From positions 109,680,001 to 109,744,000 of the forward strand of contig NC_086107.1 of assembly GCF_963921235.1 (NCBI RefSeq): a stretch of DNA of 64,000 nucleotides, given 5' to 3'. Source of the DNA: Mobula hypostoma. Taxonomy: Eukaryota. The translations under genes and the position numbers were made by a program. This document shows positions 52,470 to 64,000 of the stretch, piece after piece. The notes under the pieces were generated by a model. The model saw only the letters and a list, made by a program, of their open reading frames with translations, searched no databases and was not told where the DNA came from. How positions within the stretch are numbered: the stretch's first letter is position 1; the number at the start of each line of letters is the position of its first letter.

Positions 52470-53225
52470 TCAAGGGATTCTGCAGATGCTTAAAGTCCAG
52501 AGCAACACAATAAAATGCTGGAGGAATTCAACAGGTCAGGCAGCATCTCTGGAAATGAATAAACAATCGACACTTTGGGCTGAGACCCTTCTTCCGGAAA
52601 GAAAATGAAGGGGAAAGACATTAGAATAAGAAGGTAAACAACAGGAATTCTGCAGATGCTGGAAATTCAAGCAACACACATAAAAGTTGCTGGTGAACGC
52701 AGCAGGCCAGGCAGCATCTGTAGGAAGAGGTGCAGTCGACGTTTCAGGCCGAGACCCTTCGTCAGGACTAACTGAAGGAAGAGTGAGTAAGGGATTTGAA
52801 AGAATAAGAAGGTGGAGGGATGGGGAGGAGGACAAGGTAGAAGGTAATAGCTGAATCCATGTAGGGTTTGGAAGGGGATGAAGTAAGAAGCTGGGCGGTG
52901 ATCGGTGTAAAAGGTAAAGAGCTGGAGAAGGAGGAATCTGATAGGAGAGAAAGTGGACTGTAGGAGAAAGGGAAGGAAGAGGGGTGGTAATTGGTAGGTG
53001 AGGAGAGGAGAAGAGGTAAGAGGGAGGGACAAAAATACCACAAGTTAGAGAAATTGATGATCATGCCATCAGGTTGAAGGCTACCCAGACAGAATTTGAG
53101 GTGTTGCTCCTCCAACCTAAGAGTGGTCTCATCATGACAGCAGTGGAGTTCAGACTGACATGTTGGAATTAAGGTGGTTGGCCACCAGGAAATCCTGCTT
53201 TTTGCAGATAGAACCGAGGTGCTGG
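52470..53225 (-). mobile_element. PLE fragment containing a younger PLE repeat (52636-52800)
   Basis: 13-bp TSD AGAATAAGAAGGT 52623-52635 / 52801-52813; LEEQHLKFCLGSLQPDGM. Confidence 0.85.
52733..52770 (-). ncRNA. minimal hammerhead ribozyme motif
   Basis: TAGTC-CTGACGA-A-GGGtctcggCCT-GAAAC-GTC-GACTG. Confidence 0.7.
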
Positions 53226-53814
53226 ACAATTTGTATTTATAAAGGATCTTCAACACTACAAAAATGACTTAAGGTACTGCAGAGGAATGTATCAAATAAA
53301 ACTTTAGTCATGAGGTGTGTAAATCCCATTGACTGCAATTGGAGATGTATAGGATGTGAGAATTAGAGGTTAGTGATCTTGTAGTGTTGTAATTCATAGA
53401 GGGTGTTAAAAGTAACAATGAGATGTTTAAAATTGAGATATTGCTGTCCAGAAGCCAAAGTAAGTTCATCAAATCTATAGAAATAGACCATAAGACATAG
53501 GGGAAGAATCGGGCCTTTTGGCCTGTCGAGTCTGCTCCACCATTTTTAATATAATTAATGAATGTAGATTAGTATTGGTTTATTAATGTCAAATGTACCA
53601 AGTTACAATGAAAGGCTTGTCTTGCATACTGTTCATACAGATCCAATCATTACACAGTACATTGAGATAGAATAGTGAAAAACAATAACAATGCAAAATT
53701 AAGTGTAAAATTCACCGAATGAGCACAGAGAAGAGAAACAATGAAGTACAAAGCCATAACAAGGTAGATTGTGAGGCCAAGTGTCCATCATCGTACGAGA
53801 GGTCCATTGAAGGA

Positions 53815-54665
53815 ATGTTGATGAAGGCAACATGAACTTAGCAAGGCATTTGACGAAGCCCCGCATGGGAGATTGGTCACTTGGCATTCAGGATGAGGTA
53901 GTAAATTGGATCAGACATTGGCTTACACAGTGAACAGTAGGGCTCTGAGGAGTATGGCAGAACAAAGGAATCTGGGAATACAGGTCTATAATTCCTTGAA
54001 AGTGGTGTCACAGTTTGATAGAGTTGTAAAGAAAGCTTTAGCACATTGTTCTTCATAAATCAAAGTATTGAGTACAGGAGATGGGATATTATGTTGAAGT
54101 TGTGCAAGACATTGGTAGGGCCTAATCTGGAGTATTGGGTGCAGTTTTGTCACCTCCCTACAGGAAAGTTGTAAATAAGGGTGAAAGAGTACAGAGAAAA
54201 TTTACAATGATGTTGCTGGGTCTGGAGGACTTGAGTTATAAGGAAAGGTGAATAATTTAGGACTTTATTCTCTAGAACGTAGAAGATTGAGAGGAGATTT
54301 AATAGAGGTAAAGAAAATTTTGAGGGGTATAGATAGGGTAAATGCAAACTGGCTTTTTCCACTGAGGTTGGGTGGGACTACAACAAGGTTGGGTGAAAGG
54401 CGAGAAGTTTAAGGGAAACATTAGGGGAAACTTCTTCACTCAGAGAATTGTGAGAGTGTGGAACAAGCTGCCAGCACAGGTGGTGCATGCAAGCTCGATT
54501 TCAATGTTTAAGAAAACTTTGATTAGGTACGTGGATGGTAGGGATATGGAGGGCTATGGTCCCAATACAAGTCGATGGGAGTAGTCAGTTTAAATGGTTT
54601 CGGCATGGACTAGATGAGCTGAAGGGCCTGTTTCTGTGCTGTGCTTTTCTATGACTCTATGACTA
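53815..54665 (+). mobile_element. CR1 3' fragment
   Basis: GNFFTQRIVRVWNKLP; (TATGAC) tail. Confidence 0.85.
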
Positions 54666-56460
54666 AGATTCTGATTAACAATGGGATAGAAGGTCTCCTT
54701 GAGCCTAGTGGTGAGTGATTTCAGACTTTTACATCTTAATGCCAATGAGGGGAGAAGAGAGTATGTCTGGGGTGGGTGGGGTCTTTATGAAGTACTACCT
54801 TTGAGGGGATATCATTGTGTAGTTTGTGATAATCAATTTGTGGTGACGGGATGGGAAGGGTTACATTCAAACTGCTGAAAGGAAACTTCGGGTCTAGCAT
54901 CAGGAATTTCTTATTTCTGTATTATTAACACTAACAAGTGAAGGGAAACGCCTCAGTCATTAAGAGTCAAATGCACGAGGAAGAGCTGAACAATTTTCCG
55001 GACGATCAGTCTTACCTATGATTTCATTTTTTAAAATGTAGAGATACAGCACAGCAATGTTATCCATTGGCCACAGATTAATATTTAGGTCCATGAGAAT
55101 TTATTTATGTGCATGCTTTAGGTCACTATCTGAGCTAAATTCACTCTCTATATACAATTAAGGGATGCGCTAATAGCAGAACATAGAACAGAGTGCCTGA
55201 GCTTATGTTATCTGTTTACCAGTGCTCAAATGTTTTAGGGCATCACAACTAATAAGTGCAGTACTGAAATAAGGCACTTCAGCCTATAGAGAAACATGGC
55301 AGCATCTTTTTCCCCCCACTGATAACAAGATGATGACCAGTTGAACTGTTGTAACTGGCTTTCTTCAGTATTCAGTCTGAGCTTATGGGATATTCTATGC
55401 CGATCTGATATGAAAGATCTGTGGCAATACAATCTTTGTTAGTGTTATACTATCATATTTGATCTTGCGTTTCTGACACGGGTTTCAATAGATGTAGACC
55501 TTTGAAGGAAAGCCGTGCTCTTGCTGTTTACAAAGTGCCGGCTAATTCCTAAATCATTGCGCTCGCTCTCACTTGTACTAACAAATTAAGGTACAGTAAA
55601 TGCAAATGAGCTGGAATGTAAATTCCAACTTTCCACTTTGCTCGAGTAGTGAAAACACAAGGACGTTCCTGAAGTTAGGGTGCCAATATTCATTTCTGTA
55701 ATCCTTAATAAAAATAATTAGTGGTAGCAAAGGACCTCTGCTACAGTTCAGAGATGAATAGGTTCAAAGGTTCACTTTATTGTCAAAGTACGCATGTACA
55801 GTACAGCTCTGATATTCGTCTTCTCCAGATAGCCATGAAATACAGAAAGTCCATGGAAGTTGTTGAAAGGAAAGATATCAACTGCCCCACCATCCCAGTA
55901 CGAAAAAAATAAACAAAACTTGCAGACCCCAAAATCCCCCCTGAGGGTCTCAAAGCTGCCACACTGCAATGGTGTCCTAATGTGTCCTAATATTGCTCCA
56001 TGATGTAAGTAAAGAGCAATAATTTTTGATTGTCTGAACCATGCAAAATAGCCAGTGATAGAGTTTTAAGGTTCTTCTAAAATTAAGTCTTATGGTCTCA
56101 GCAACTTAACCTGTTTAATGGTGCGGTACTTGTGATAATGGTTAGTAATTTGAGGCAATAAGTTGTGAGTAACACCCGAGAAGCAGATGAGTGCTTCTTT
56201 AAGTAGATCGGATCAGCTTTTTTAGATGTATTATTGGAATCTGGGTAATGTTTAAGGGTTGGACAAGAGCCATTGTTACTATAATGGTTGTCACATTTAG
56301 TATATGCTCTGACTCGTAGTGAACTTTTTGAAGAGATCTCATAATTTTCTTCGTCTTAAAAAGCTGAGTGGTTTTGAACAATAATCTAAAACTAGCAAGA
56401 ATTTTCCAAACTGTCTAATCCAAGTGGCCCAAATATCAGTGAAATTTATTTTATTTAGGG

Positions 56461-56542
56461 CGGGGGTTTCCAACCTTTTTTTAATGCCATGGACTGATAC
56501 CGTTAAGCAAGGGGTCACTGGATCCCAGGTTGGGAACCCCTG
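56461..56542. mobile_element. hAT-Charlie-like MITE
   Basis: TIRs; TSD ATTTAGGG / ATTTAGAG. Confidence 0.8.
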
Positions 56543-56884
56543 ATTTAGAGATACAGCATGGAATAGGCCCTTAAAGCCACATGGCCCTGCAAACCCTGAC
56601 AACTCACATTTAACCCTAGCCTAATCCTGGGACAATTTACAATACCAATTAACCTACCCAGTATGTCTTTGGACTGTAGGAGGAAATTGGAGGACCTGGA
56701 GAAAACCTCCACGCATTCCACGTGGAGGACATACAGAGACTCCTTACAGAGGATGCCTGGGTCCCAAGGACCTGAACTATAATACCATCTTTCTAACTGC
56801 TACACTACTGTGGCACTCTTTTGACCTTTGATGGGCTGAATGGCCTAATTCTGCTCCTATATCTTGAGGTCTTGTATACCATTA

Positions 56885-57295
56885 GACTTTGAAGACAAAG
56901 GAGCTGGGTTAGCCATTCAGCCCACCGAGGCTACTCCACCATTCCATCATGGCCGATTTTTATTTTCCCCCTCATCCCCATTCTCAAGAACGTATCAGCC
57001 TCTGTTTTAAATATACCCAATAACTTAGCCTCCACAGCCATCTTTGACTATGAATTCCATAGACTCACTGCCCATTAGCTAAAGAAATCCCTCCTCATCT
57101 CTGTTGTAAAGGGATATCTTCTGAGGCCGTACCTCCTGGTCCTGGACTCTCCCACTATAGGAAACATCCTCTCCACGTCCACTCTATTTAGGCCTTTCAA
57201 TATTCAATAGGTTTTAATGAGATCCACCCTCATTCTTCTAAACTGCAGTAATACAGGGCCAGAGCCATCCATCACTCCTCATACATTAACCATTA
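56885..57295 (-). mobile_element. CR1 3' end
   Basis: Matches the other CR1 tails in reverse. Confidence 0.75.
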
Positions 57296-57454
57296 TGATT
57301 GATCCAAGTCTGTATTTACTTGACAGTTAGACTTTGCTGCCTAGAAGGGACATGTCCCAGTGCAACAACATGTTCCTCATTCCATGGTATCCTTTCAACT
57401 GCCTACTTATTGTCTTTTAAGTGTTGCCAGTGCCGCCACTGCTGATCCGGAATT

Positions 57455-57548
57455 ATGGAAGAAGATGAAAACCAGGATCCACAGCAGAACGAAACTCCGG
57501 GGGATGAAGCAGGATTGGATCAGTGCACTGAATCACAGAGAGATAGAG
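57455..57548 (+). CDS. probable first coding exon (exon 57422-57548), acidic N-terminus MEEDENQDPQQNETPGDEAGLDQCTESQRDR; gene unidentified
   Basis: Non-repeat sequence; pyrimidine-rich acceptor ...TTGTCTTTTAAG|, ATG with +4 G, purine-rich exon-like composition, donor GAG|GTACCA (phase 1). Confidence 0.5.
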
Positions 57549-60500
57549 GTACCATTTGCTTTATCTCTCGACACTTTGTTCAACACCCAATGCAGCTCTC
57601 CTCTTTTACTTCTCCAAGTGGGAAACTCCACCATAGGCAGACCATCTGTTAGTGTTGAAAGATGAGAGGAACTTTTACCCCCCTCAGCTAATTAATTTGG
57701 ATCTGACCTTTACTTCAACTCCACCTACCTGCCTTGGTTCTGTAACCCTCTCAATGCTTTCCTGTCATGGATATGTCAATTCTCTAGCCACCACGGCTGG
57801 TGACGAGATCAGATTTTTCACTTTATTTTACATAAGATTATATTTCTTTCCCTCCCAAATTAAGACGGATACATGGTGTAAAGTTCAACTGTGACCTAAT
57901 TGAATGATGATCTAGGTTTGAAGCTTGAGCTGAGGTGATTTTTAGTTATTTTGGAGCTATAGCGCAGAACACACCACCTGGCTCAACGAGCTGTGCCGCC
58001 CAGCAGCCCACCTATAGAACCCTAGCCCAATCACAGGACCATTTACAATGACCAGTTGACCTACTAGCTGGTATGTCTTTGGACTGTGGGAGGAAACTGG
58101 AGCACTCGGAGGGGGGGGGGGAACCCACGTGGTTCACAGGAAGGAACGTAGAAACTTCTTACAGACTGCGTCAGAACTGAACTCCGAACTCCGCTGCCCT
58201 GAGCTGTAATAGTGCTGTGCTAGCCGTTATGCTACTGTGGCTCCCCACGGAACAATGATGAAGGTTTGAATACTCAGAACTCGTGTTCTCAGTATTATTT
58301 ATTTTTTTGTATTTGCACAGTTTGTCTTTTGCACATTGATTGTCAGTCTTTGTGTGTAATTTTTCATTGATTCAGTTGTATTTCTGTGTTCTACTGTGAA
58401 TGCCTGCAAGAAAATGAATCTCAGGGTTGTATACGGTGACATATACGTACTTTGATAATAAATTTACTTAGACTTCGAAGGGCTCAGAGGCCAATTCTTG
58501 TGTTTTTAGTATTGCTTGATTGCATTCAAGCTCTCTTCTCACTGCTGCCATCAGGTAGAAGGTACAAAAGTCTCAGGGCTTACACCTCCAGGTTCAAGAA
58601 CAGTTACTACCCTTCAACCATCAGGCTTTTGAACAAAAGGGGATAACTACACTCATTTGTCCATCTATTGAGATGTTCTCGCAATCAGTGATCTCACTTT
58701 AAGGACTCTTTGTCTCATTATTTCATGTTCCAGTTATTTATTGCCATTTATTTATATTTACATTTGCATAGTTTGTTGTCTTCTGCACTCTAGTTGATCT
58801 TTCACTGATTCTGTTAGTTACTATTCTATCGCTTTGCTGAGTTTGCACGCAGGAAAATAAATCTCAAGGTTGTATATGGTGACATATATGTACTCTGATA
58901 ATAAAATTTACTTTGAATTTGAAATTGAAGGAGGCTCATTATGAATGTGAACCTAGTAGTCTGAATAAGCTGTGTTCTTTCCCATAAATTCCATAGTGTA
59001 GGAAGAACATCCTCCTTTTCAAACTTTTGACCCTGTTAATTTTAAGCACAGCATGTCAACAGAATCTAAGCATCAGTTAAACAATTACTTATTTAGAGAT
59101 GCAATGTGGAGTTGGCCCATGCGGCCACAACAACCCACGATTCAAGCCCATCCTAATCACAGGACAATTCACAATGACCAATTAACCTCCCAGCCGGTAC
59201 GTCTTTGAACTGTGGGAGGAAACCCACACATTCCACAGGGAGGACGTGCAAACTTCTTACAGACGGCACCAGAATTGAACCTCAAACTCTGACGCCCTGA
59301 GCTGTGATAGAGTCATGCTAACTGCAACATTACCGTGACGGTTGGCGCAACTCCAAGTCTGGATGTCAGGAGCAACATGTGAGACACCTCAGGCTTGATG
59401 TCCAATTCCATTCAGGTGAATTTGATTTGGTTGGTACTAAATTTGCTGAAACTCTCCTAAATTTTAAAGTACATTTATTTACTATCAAAGTAGGGTATAC
59501 AGTATACAACCTTGAGATTTGTTGTCTTGCAGACAGCCATGAAACAAAGAAACACCATAGAAACAGTTTTAAGAAAAAATCCCACACAAGAACATCAGAT
59601 GTGAGGGAAAAAACAGCTCAAGCAAACCGCAAGAGTGAACATTTAACACGCAAGACGCTAAACATCAATCTGTAGAGCCCCCTAAAGGGAGTCCACAGCC
59701 ACCAGTGAGCAAAGCCAGACCAGCCACAGCCACCAAGGTTAGTCAGTTCAGTGCTGTGTCGATGATTGCAGACCTCGGATCAAATGGCACAAATAGTAAG
59801 ACATGGTTCAGCACTGAGCACATATTTAGTTATGGGATAGGGTCGTCGCTGTCAAGGTGAGGTTTTTATTGGCCATCTCTACCTGCAATAATCAGCCATC
59901 TTCTGGAACTGGTGCAGTGTTTGTGGTGAACGGTGCTGCGAGCTGAGGATGATGAGGATTTAAATCTAACAATAAAGTTCAATGTTCAAAGTGAATTTAT
60001 TATCAATGTAAATTTCTATCTTTTCGCAACCTTGAAATTCATATTCTTGTAAGCACCCACAGGAAAATAATAAAATACAATGGAATCCCTAAAAAGGCCC
60101 TATGTAAAGATCAACCAACATCCAGTGTTCAAAACCATAAAAAAGTATAAAAGAATAATACTGAGAAAATGTGCTGCAGTGATCATAAAAGTGTGTACAG
60201 GCTATGGAGTCAGTTCAGCCCTGAGGCAAGTGAAGCCATCCCCTCTGGCCCCAGGAGCCTGATGGTTGTAGGGCAATAACTGTTCTTGAACCTGGTGGTG
60301 TGGGTCCCAAGACTCTCTTGCACCTCCCGCCCAATGGTAGAAGCAAGGAGAGAGGGAGACAGGTCAAACGCAGGTAGACAGGATGGGTTCAAATGGGGAA
60401 ACTAGGCTGACACGGATGAGTGGGGCTGAACACCGGTTCACCGAGCACTGGTAAACACCCTAATGAAATTAACCTCCAAGTCAAGCTAGGTTTGAATGCT

Positions 60501-60789
60501 GCAACAAGTTTTGGCATCCACACTGAGGGAGGGAGGGTGGGTGGATGAAGAGGAATTGGTAGGTTAGACAGCTAACATTCCTGCTACTGATCTTAAAAAA
60601 AAATCAATCCAGTTGTTTCTGTTTCAGGCAGGGCAGTGAGGAAATTTTATTTGAAGTAACACACAATCTTCTTGTGGAACTCTGCAAGTCAAGCAACATC
60701 TGTGGACAGAAATGTCAAAAATTCCTTTCCTCCCCACAGATGCTGCCCAGCCACTGAGTCCCTCAGCTTATTTCCTTCTCCCTCACCTC

Positions 60790-61452
60790 CATTTAGGGCC
60801 TCGAACAGTCCTTCCAGGTGAGGCAAAACTTAACCTGTGAATGTGCTGGGATCGTCTATTATGTCCAGTGCTCCCAATGATTGGTGAGACCCATCGTAAA
60901 TTGGGGGGGCCACCTCATCGAGCGCCTCCAATCTGTTCGCCAAAAGCAGAACTTCCCAGTGGCGAAACTTTTTTAATTCCAATTCCCATCCACGTTCTAA
61001 CATGTTGGTCCACGGCCTCCTCTTGTGCCAAGGTGAGGTCACCCTGAGGGTGCCGGAGCAACACCATATATTCCATCTGGGTCACCTTCAACCAGAGAGC
61101 ATGAATAATGATTTCCCCTTCCGGTTAAAAAAAAAATTCCTTCCCCTCTCCCCATTTCTTCTGTTCCCCACTCTGGCCTTTTACCTCTCTTCACCTGCCT
61201 TTCATTTCCTCCTGGGTCCCCTCCTTCCCTTTCTCCTATAGTCCACTCTTCCTCTCCTATCAGATTCCTTCTTCTCCAGCCCTTTACCTTTCCCACCCAC
61301 CTGGCTTCACCTATCACCTTCCAGTTAGCCTTCTTCCCCTCCCCACATCTTTTTATCCTGGCACCTTCCCCCCCCCTTCCTTTTCGGTCCTGAAGAGGGG
61401 TCTCAGGTGTGTTGCTCTGGATTTTCAGCATCTCTAGAATCTCTTGTGTTTA
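60790..61452 (+). mobile_element. Penelope-like element fragment
   Basis: IGETHRKLG (GIY-YIG region), EQHHIFHLGHLQP. Confidence 0.8.
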
Positions 61453-62534
61453 CAGTTTATTTCTTGCTCCTGATTCCAGTATCTCCTTTTCTTTGAAGTA
61501 GTTGTCATGGCAGACCATGCTGTTTAGTTTAGGCAGCATGGTGGAATAGCAGTTAACACGATCACTTTACAGTGGGTTTCAATTCCTGCTGATCTGTAAG
61601 GAGTTTACACATTCTGCCCATGATCACCTGAGTTTCCACTGGGTGCTCCGATTTCCTCCCCACATTTTAAAGATGTACGGGTAAGTTGTGGGCATGCTAT
61701 GTTGCCCTCAGCACAATCCTCACTAATTTGATACCGGGTGACACAGTAGTATAGAGGTTAGTGTAATGCTTTACAGTGCCAGTAATCAGGGCTCAATTCC
61801 TGTCACTGTCTATAAGAAGTTTGTACCTTCTCCCCTTTACCACAGGGGTTTCCTCCGTGTGTTCTGGTTTCCTCTCACATTCCAGAAATATATGGGTTAG
61901 TAGGTTAATTGGCCACATGGGTGTAATTGAACAGTGCGGGCTCATTAGGCTACAAGGGCCTGTTACCATTCTATATCTCTAAATAAATAAAATTTCAAAC
62001 CCTACTTTCTGAAGTTGTACGATTTGGGCTAGTGAGTTGTACCAGAAGCATGGCGACAGTTGTGGGCTGCACAGTGTAACCTTTGCTGATTTGATTTTAC
62101 ATTAATGATGCATTTCATTACATTTCGATGTATGTGTGACAAGTAAATATTTTTAAATAAAATCTTGAATTGTTTGGTTGAGAACACAGTTGGAACACCT
62201 GCCTTCTCGTCCTCTGATTTCTGAAATCTGTACAAATGGAGCCTATGCTTGGCATCAACTAGTTCTTCCCTATTATCTTGACTAGCTTTTATCTCTCAAC
62301 TATTAGTGCTATCCTGTTCCACAGAGCTAGGGTCTTCACCGCCAATTTTTGAACAGAAAAGGAAGCAATATGTCTCACTATTGCAATAAACTTGGGTTTA
62401 GAAAGCATCTTTAATGTTCCAAAGCTTATCACAGGTCGGCTAGTGAGTAAGGGTCAGCTTAAAGTCTCTTGATTGTGCCAAGGTTCTCTCTGCCATGCAA
62501 TCCCCCATTGTTACTTCCCCCATCTACCCTGAAG

Positions 62535-62577
62535 TCATTTTGGAAGGTTCAGTGGCCAACCAGGATGCTGCTCTAAG
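62535..62577 (+). CDS. possible small internal exon (VILEGSVANQDAALR)
   Basis: Pyrimidine tract then AAG| acceptor, AAG|GTATCT donor; reads in frame with the phase-1 end of the 57548 exon. Weak. Confidence 0.2.
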
Positions 62578-62724
62578 GTATCTGTTAGTGACACTTCTGA
62601 GTAATGAGACCTATGAGCACTGGTTTATAATTTTGCCCTTGGTTTTCAAACATGAACGTGTAAAATGGGTACATATCTCATGGGGATATGTGGAAGCAGA
62701 TTATGAGCTGCAGTGGCCTTCATA

Positions 62725-63331
62725 AGTCAAGGTATTGTATGCAGGAGATGGGACATTATGTTGAAGTTGTGTAAGAAATTGGTGAGGCCTAATTTGGAGT
62801 ATTCTGTGCAGCTTTGGTCACCTACCTGCAGGAAAGATGTAAATAAGGTTGAAAAGTATAGAGAAAATTTACAAGGATGTTGCCAGGTCTAGAGCACGTG
62901 AGTTATATGGAAAGATTGAATAGGTTAGGACATTATTGCTTGAACGTAGAAGATTGAGAGGAGATTTGATAAAGGTATACAAAATTACGAGGGGTATAGA
63001 TAGGGTAAATGTAAGCAGGCTTTTTCCACTGAGGTTGGGTGGGACTACAATCAGAGATCATGGGTTGAGGGTGAAAAGTGAAAAGTTTAAGGGGAACCTG
63101 AGGGGAAACTTCTTCACTCAGAGGATCGTGAGAGTGTGGAATGAGCTGCCAGTGTAAGTGGTGCATGCAGGCTCAACATTTAAGAGAGGTTCGGGTAGGT
63201 ACATGGATGGTGGGGATATGGAGGGCCATGGTCCCGGTGCAGGTCGATGGGAGTAGGCAATTTAAATGGCTTTGACATAGACTTAATGGGTGGAAGCACC
63301 TGTTTCTGTGCTGTACTTTTTCTATGACTCT
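62725..63331 (+). mobile_element. CR1 3' fragment
   Basis: LERRRLRGDLIKVYKI...NFFTQRIVRVWNELP. Confidence 0.9.
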
Positions 63332-64000
63332 CGTAAAGTGCATAATTCCCATGGAATTAACCTTGTTAAGCTTCTCTCCTTATTTCAACTGGCTGACAAT
63401 CTGAGTTTGGATAGTCTGGGTATAAAGCCACCAAATCTTCAGAACATTTTTAGTAATGCAAAAAGAAATGATTGTAAATATTACAAGTATATAAGAATTG
63501 TAGTAATGTTTCTCTGATACACTCAGGCTGTATATGGATATAATAGAAGTTTAAAAAAAAATTATACTGAAGTCTTTAATTTCTGTAAAGCGTTTGAGGA
63601 CGTTCCGAAGTGATTTGCAGTGAAGTATTTTGGAAGTGTAGTCGCTGTGGTAAGGTGGAAACTGGTGTGCACATTGCAATGTAACCCTGCCATGGGCGAC
63701 AGTGGAAGCAGATTCAATAGTGGTGTTCAAGAGGCTTTGATACAGGGGCACACACAATGCTGGAGGAACTCAGAGGGCCAGGCAGCATCTACAGAAAGGG
63801 GTAAACAGTCAACATTTCAGGCTGGGACCCTTCTTCGGGACTGGAAAGTAAGAGTAAGAAGATGGGAGGAGGAGAGAGAGAAGAACAAGGTGGCAGGTGA
63901 TAGGTGAAACCAGGGGAGGAGGGCGGGTGAACTAAAGAGCTGGAGGAAGTTCCCTCTGGTGCTCCTCCCCCTTCTCCGACCCTTTATCTCTGTCATCAAT

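Noticed and set aside
1..64000. CRISPR array, operon or other prokaryotic system
   Set aside because: No regularly spaced repeat-spacer array or gene-dense region; the sequence is eukaryotic intronic and intergenic DNA.

Overview
Repeat-dense eukaryotic DNA, very likely vertebrate and probably a cartilaginous fish (inferred from HE1/V-SINE-like SINEs plus abundant CR1, Rex1/Babar and Penelope-like elements). Most ORFs in the track are transposon remnants or spurious. Host-gene signal is sparse: a CpG-island promoter at ~35.0-35.5 kb with two divergent ZNF143-type motifs, a probable first coding exon on + at 57422-57548 (gene not recognised), and a CpG-rich block with minus-strand splice sites at 16.4-17.4 kb. 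The rest is nested mobile DNA (CR1, Rex1/Babar, RTE, Ingi/Vingi-like LINEs, PLEs, tRNA-SINEs, Tc1/mariner, Tigger, hAT derivatives, a non-autonomous Helitron, a solo LTR). Most notable: (1) PLE repeats carrying minimal hammerhead ribozymes, some in fold-back form; (2) a Rex1 LINE 5'-fused to an inverted copy of nearby intronic DNA; (3) a hAT-like element with a 6-bp TSD; (4) a Helitron with intact ends. I cannot claim a wholly new biological system. Family names come from motif recognition, not database searches, and many boundaries are approximate.
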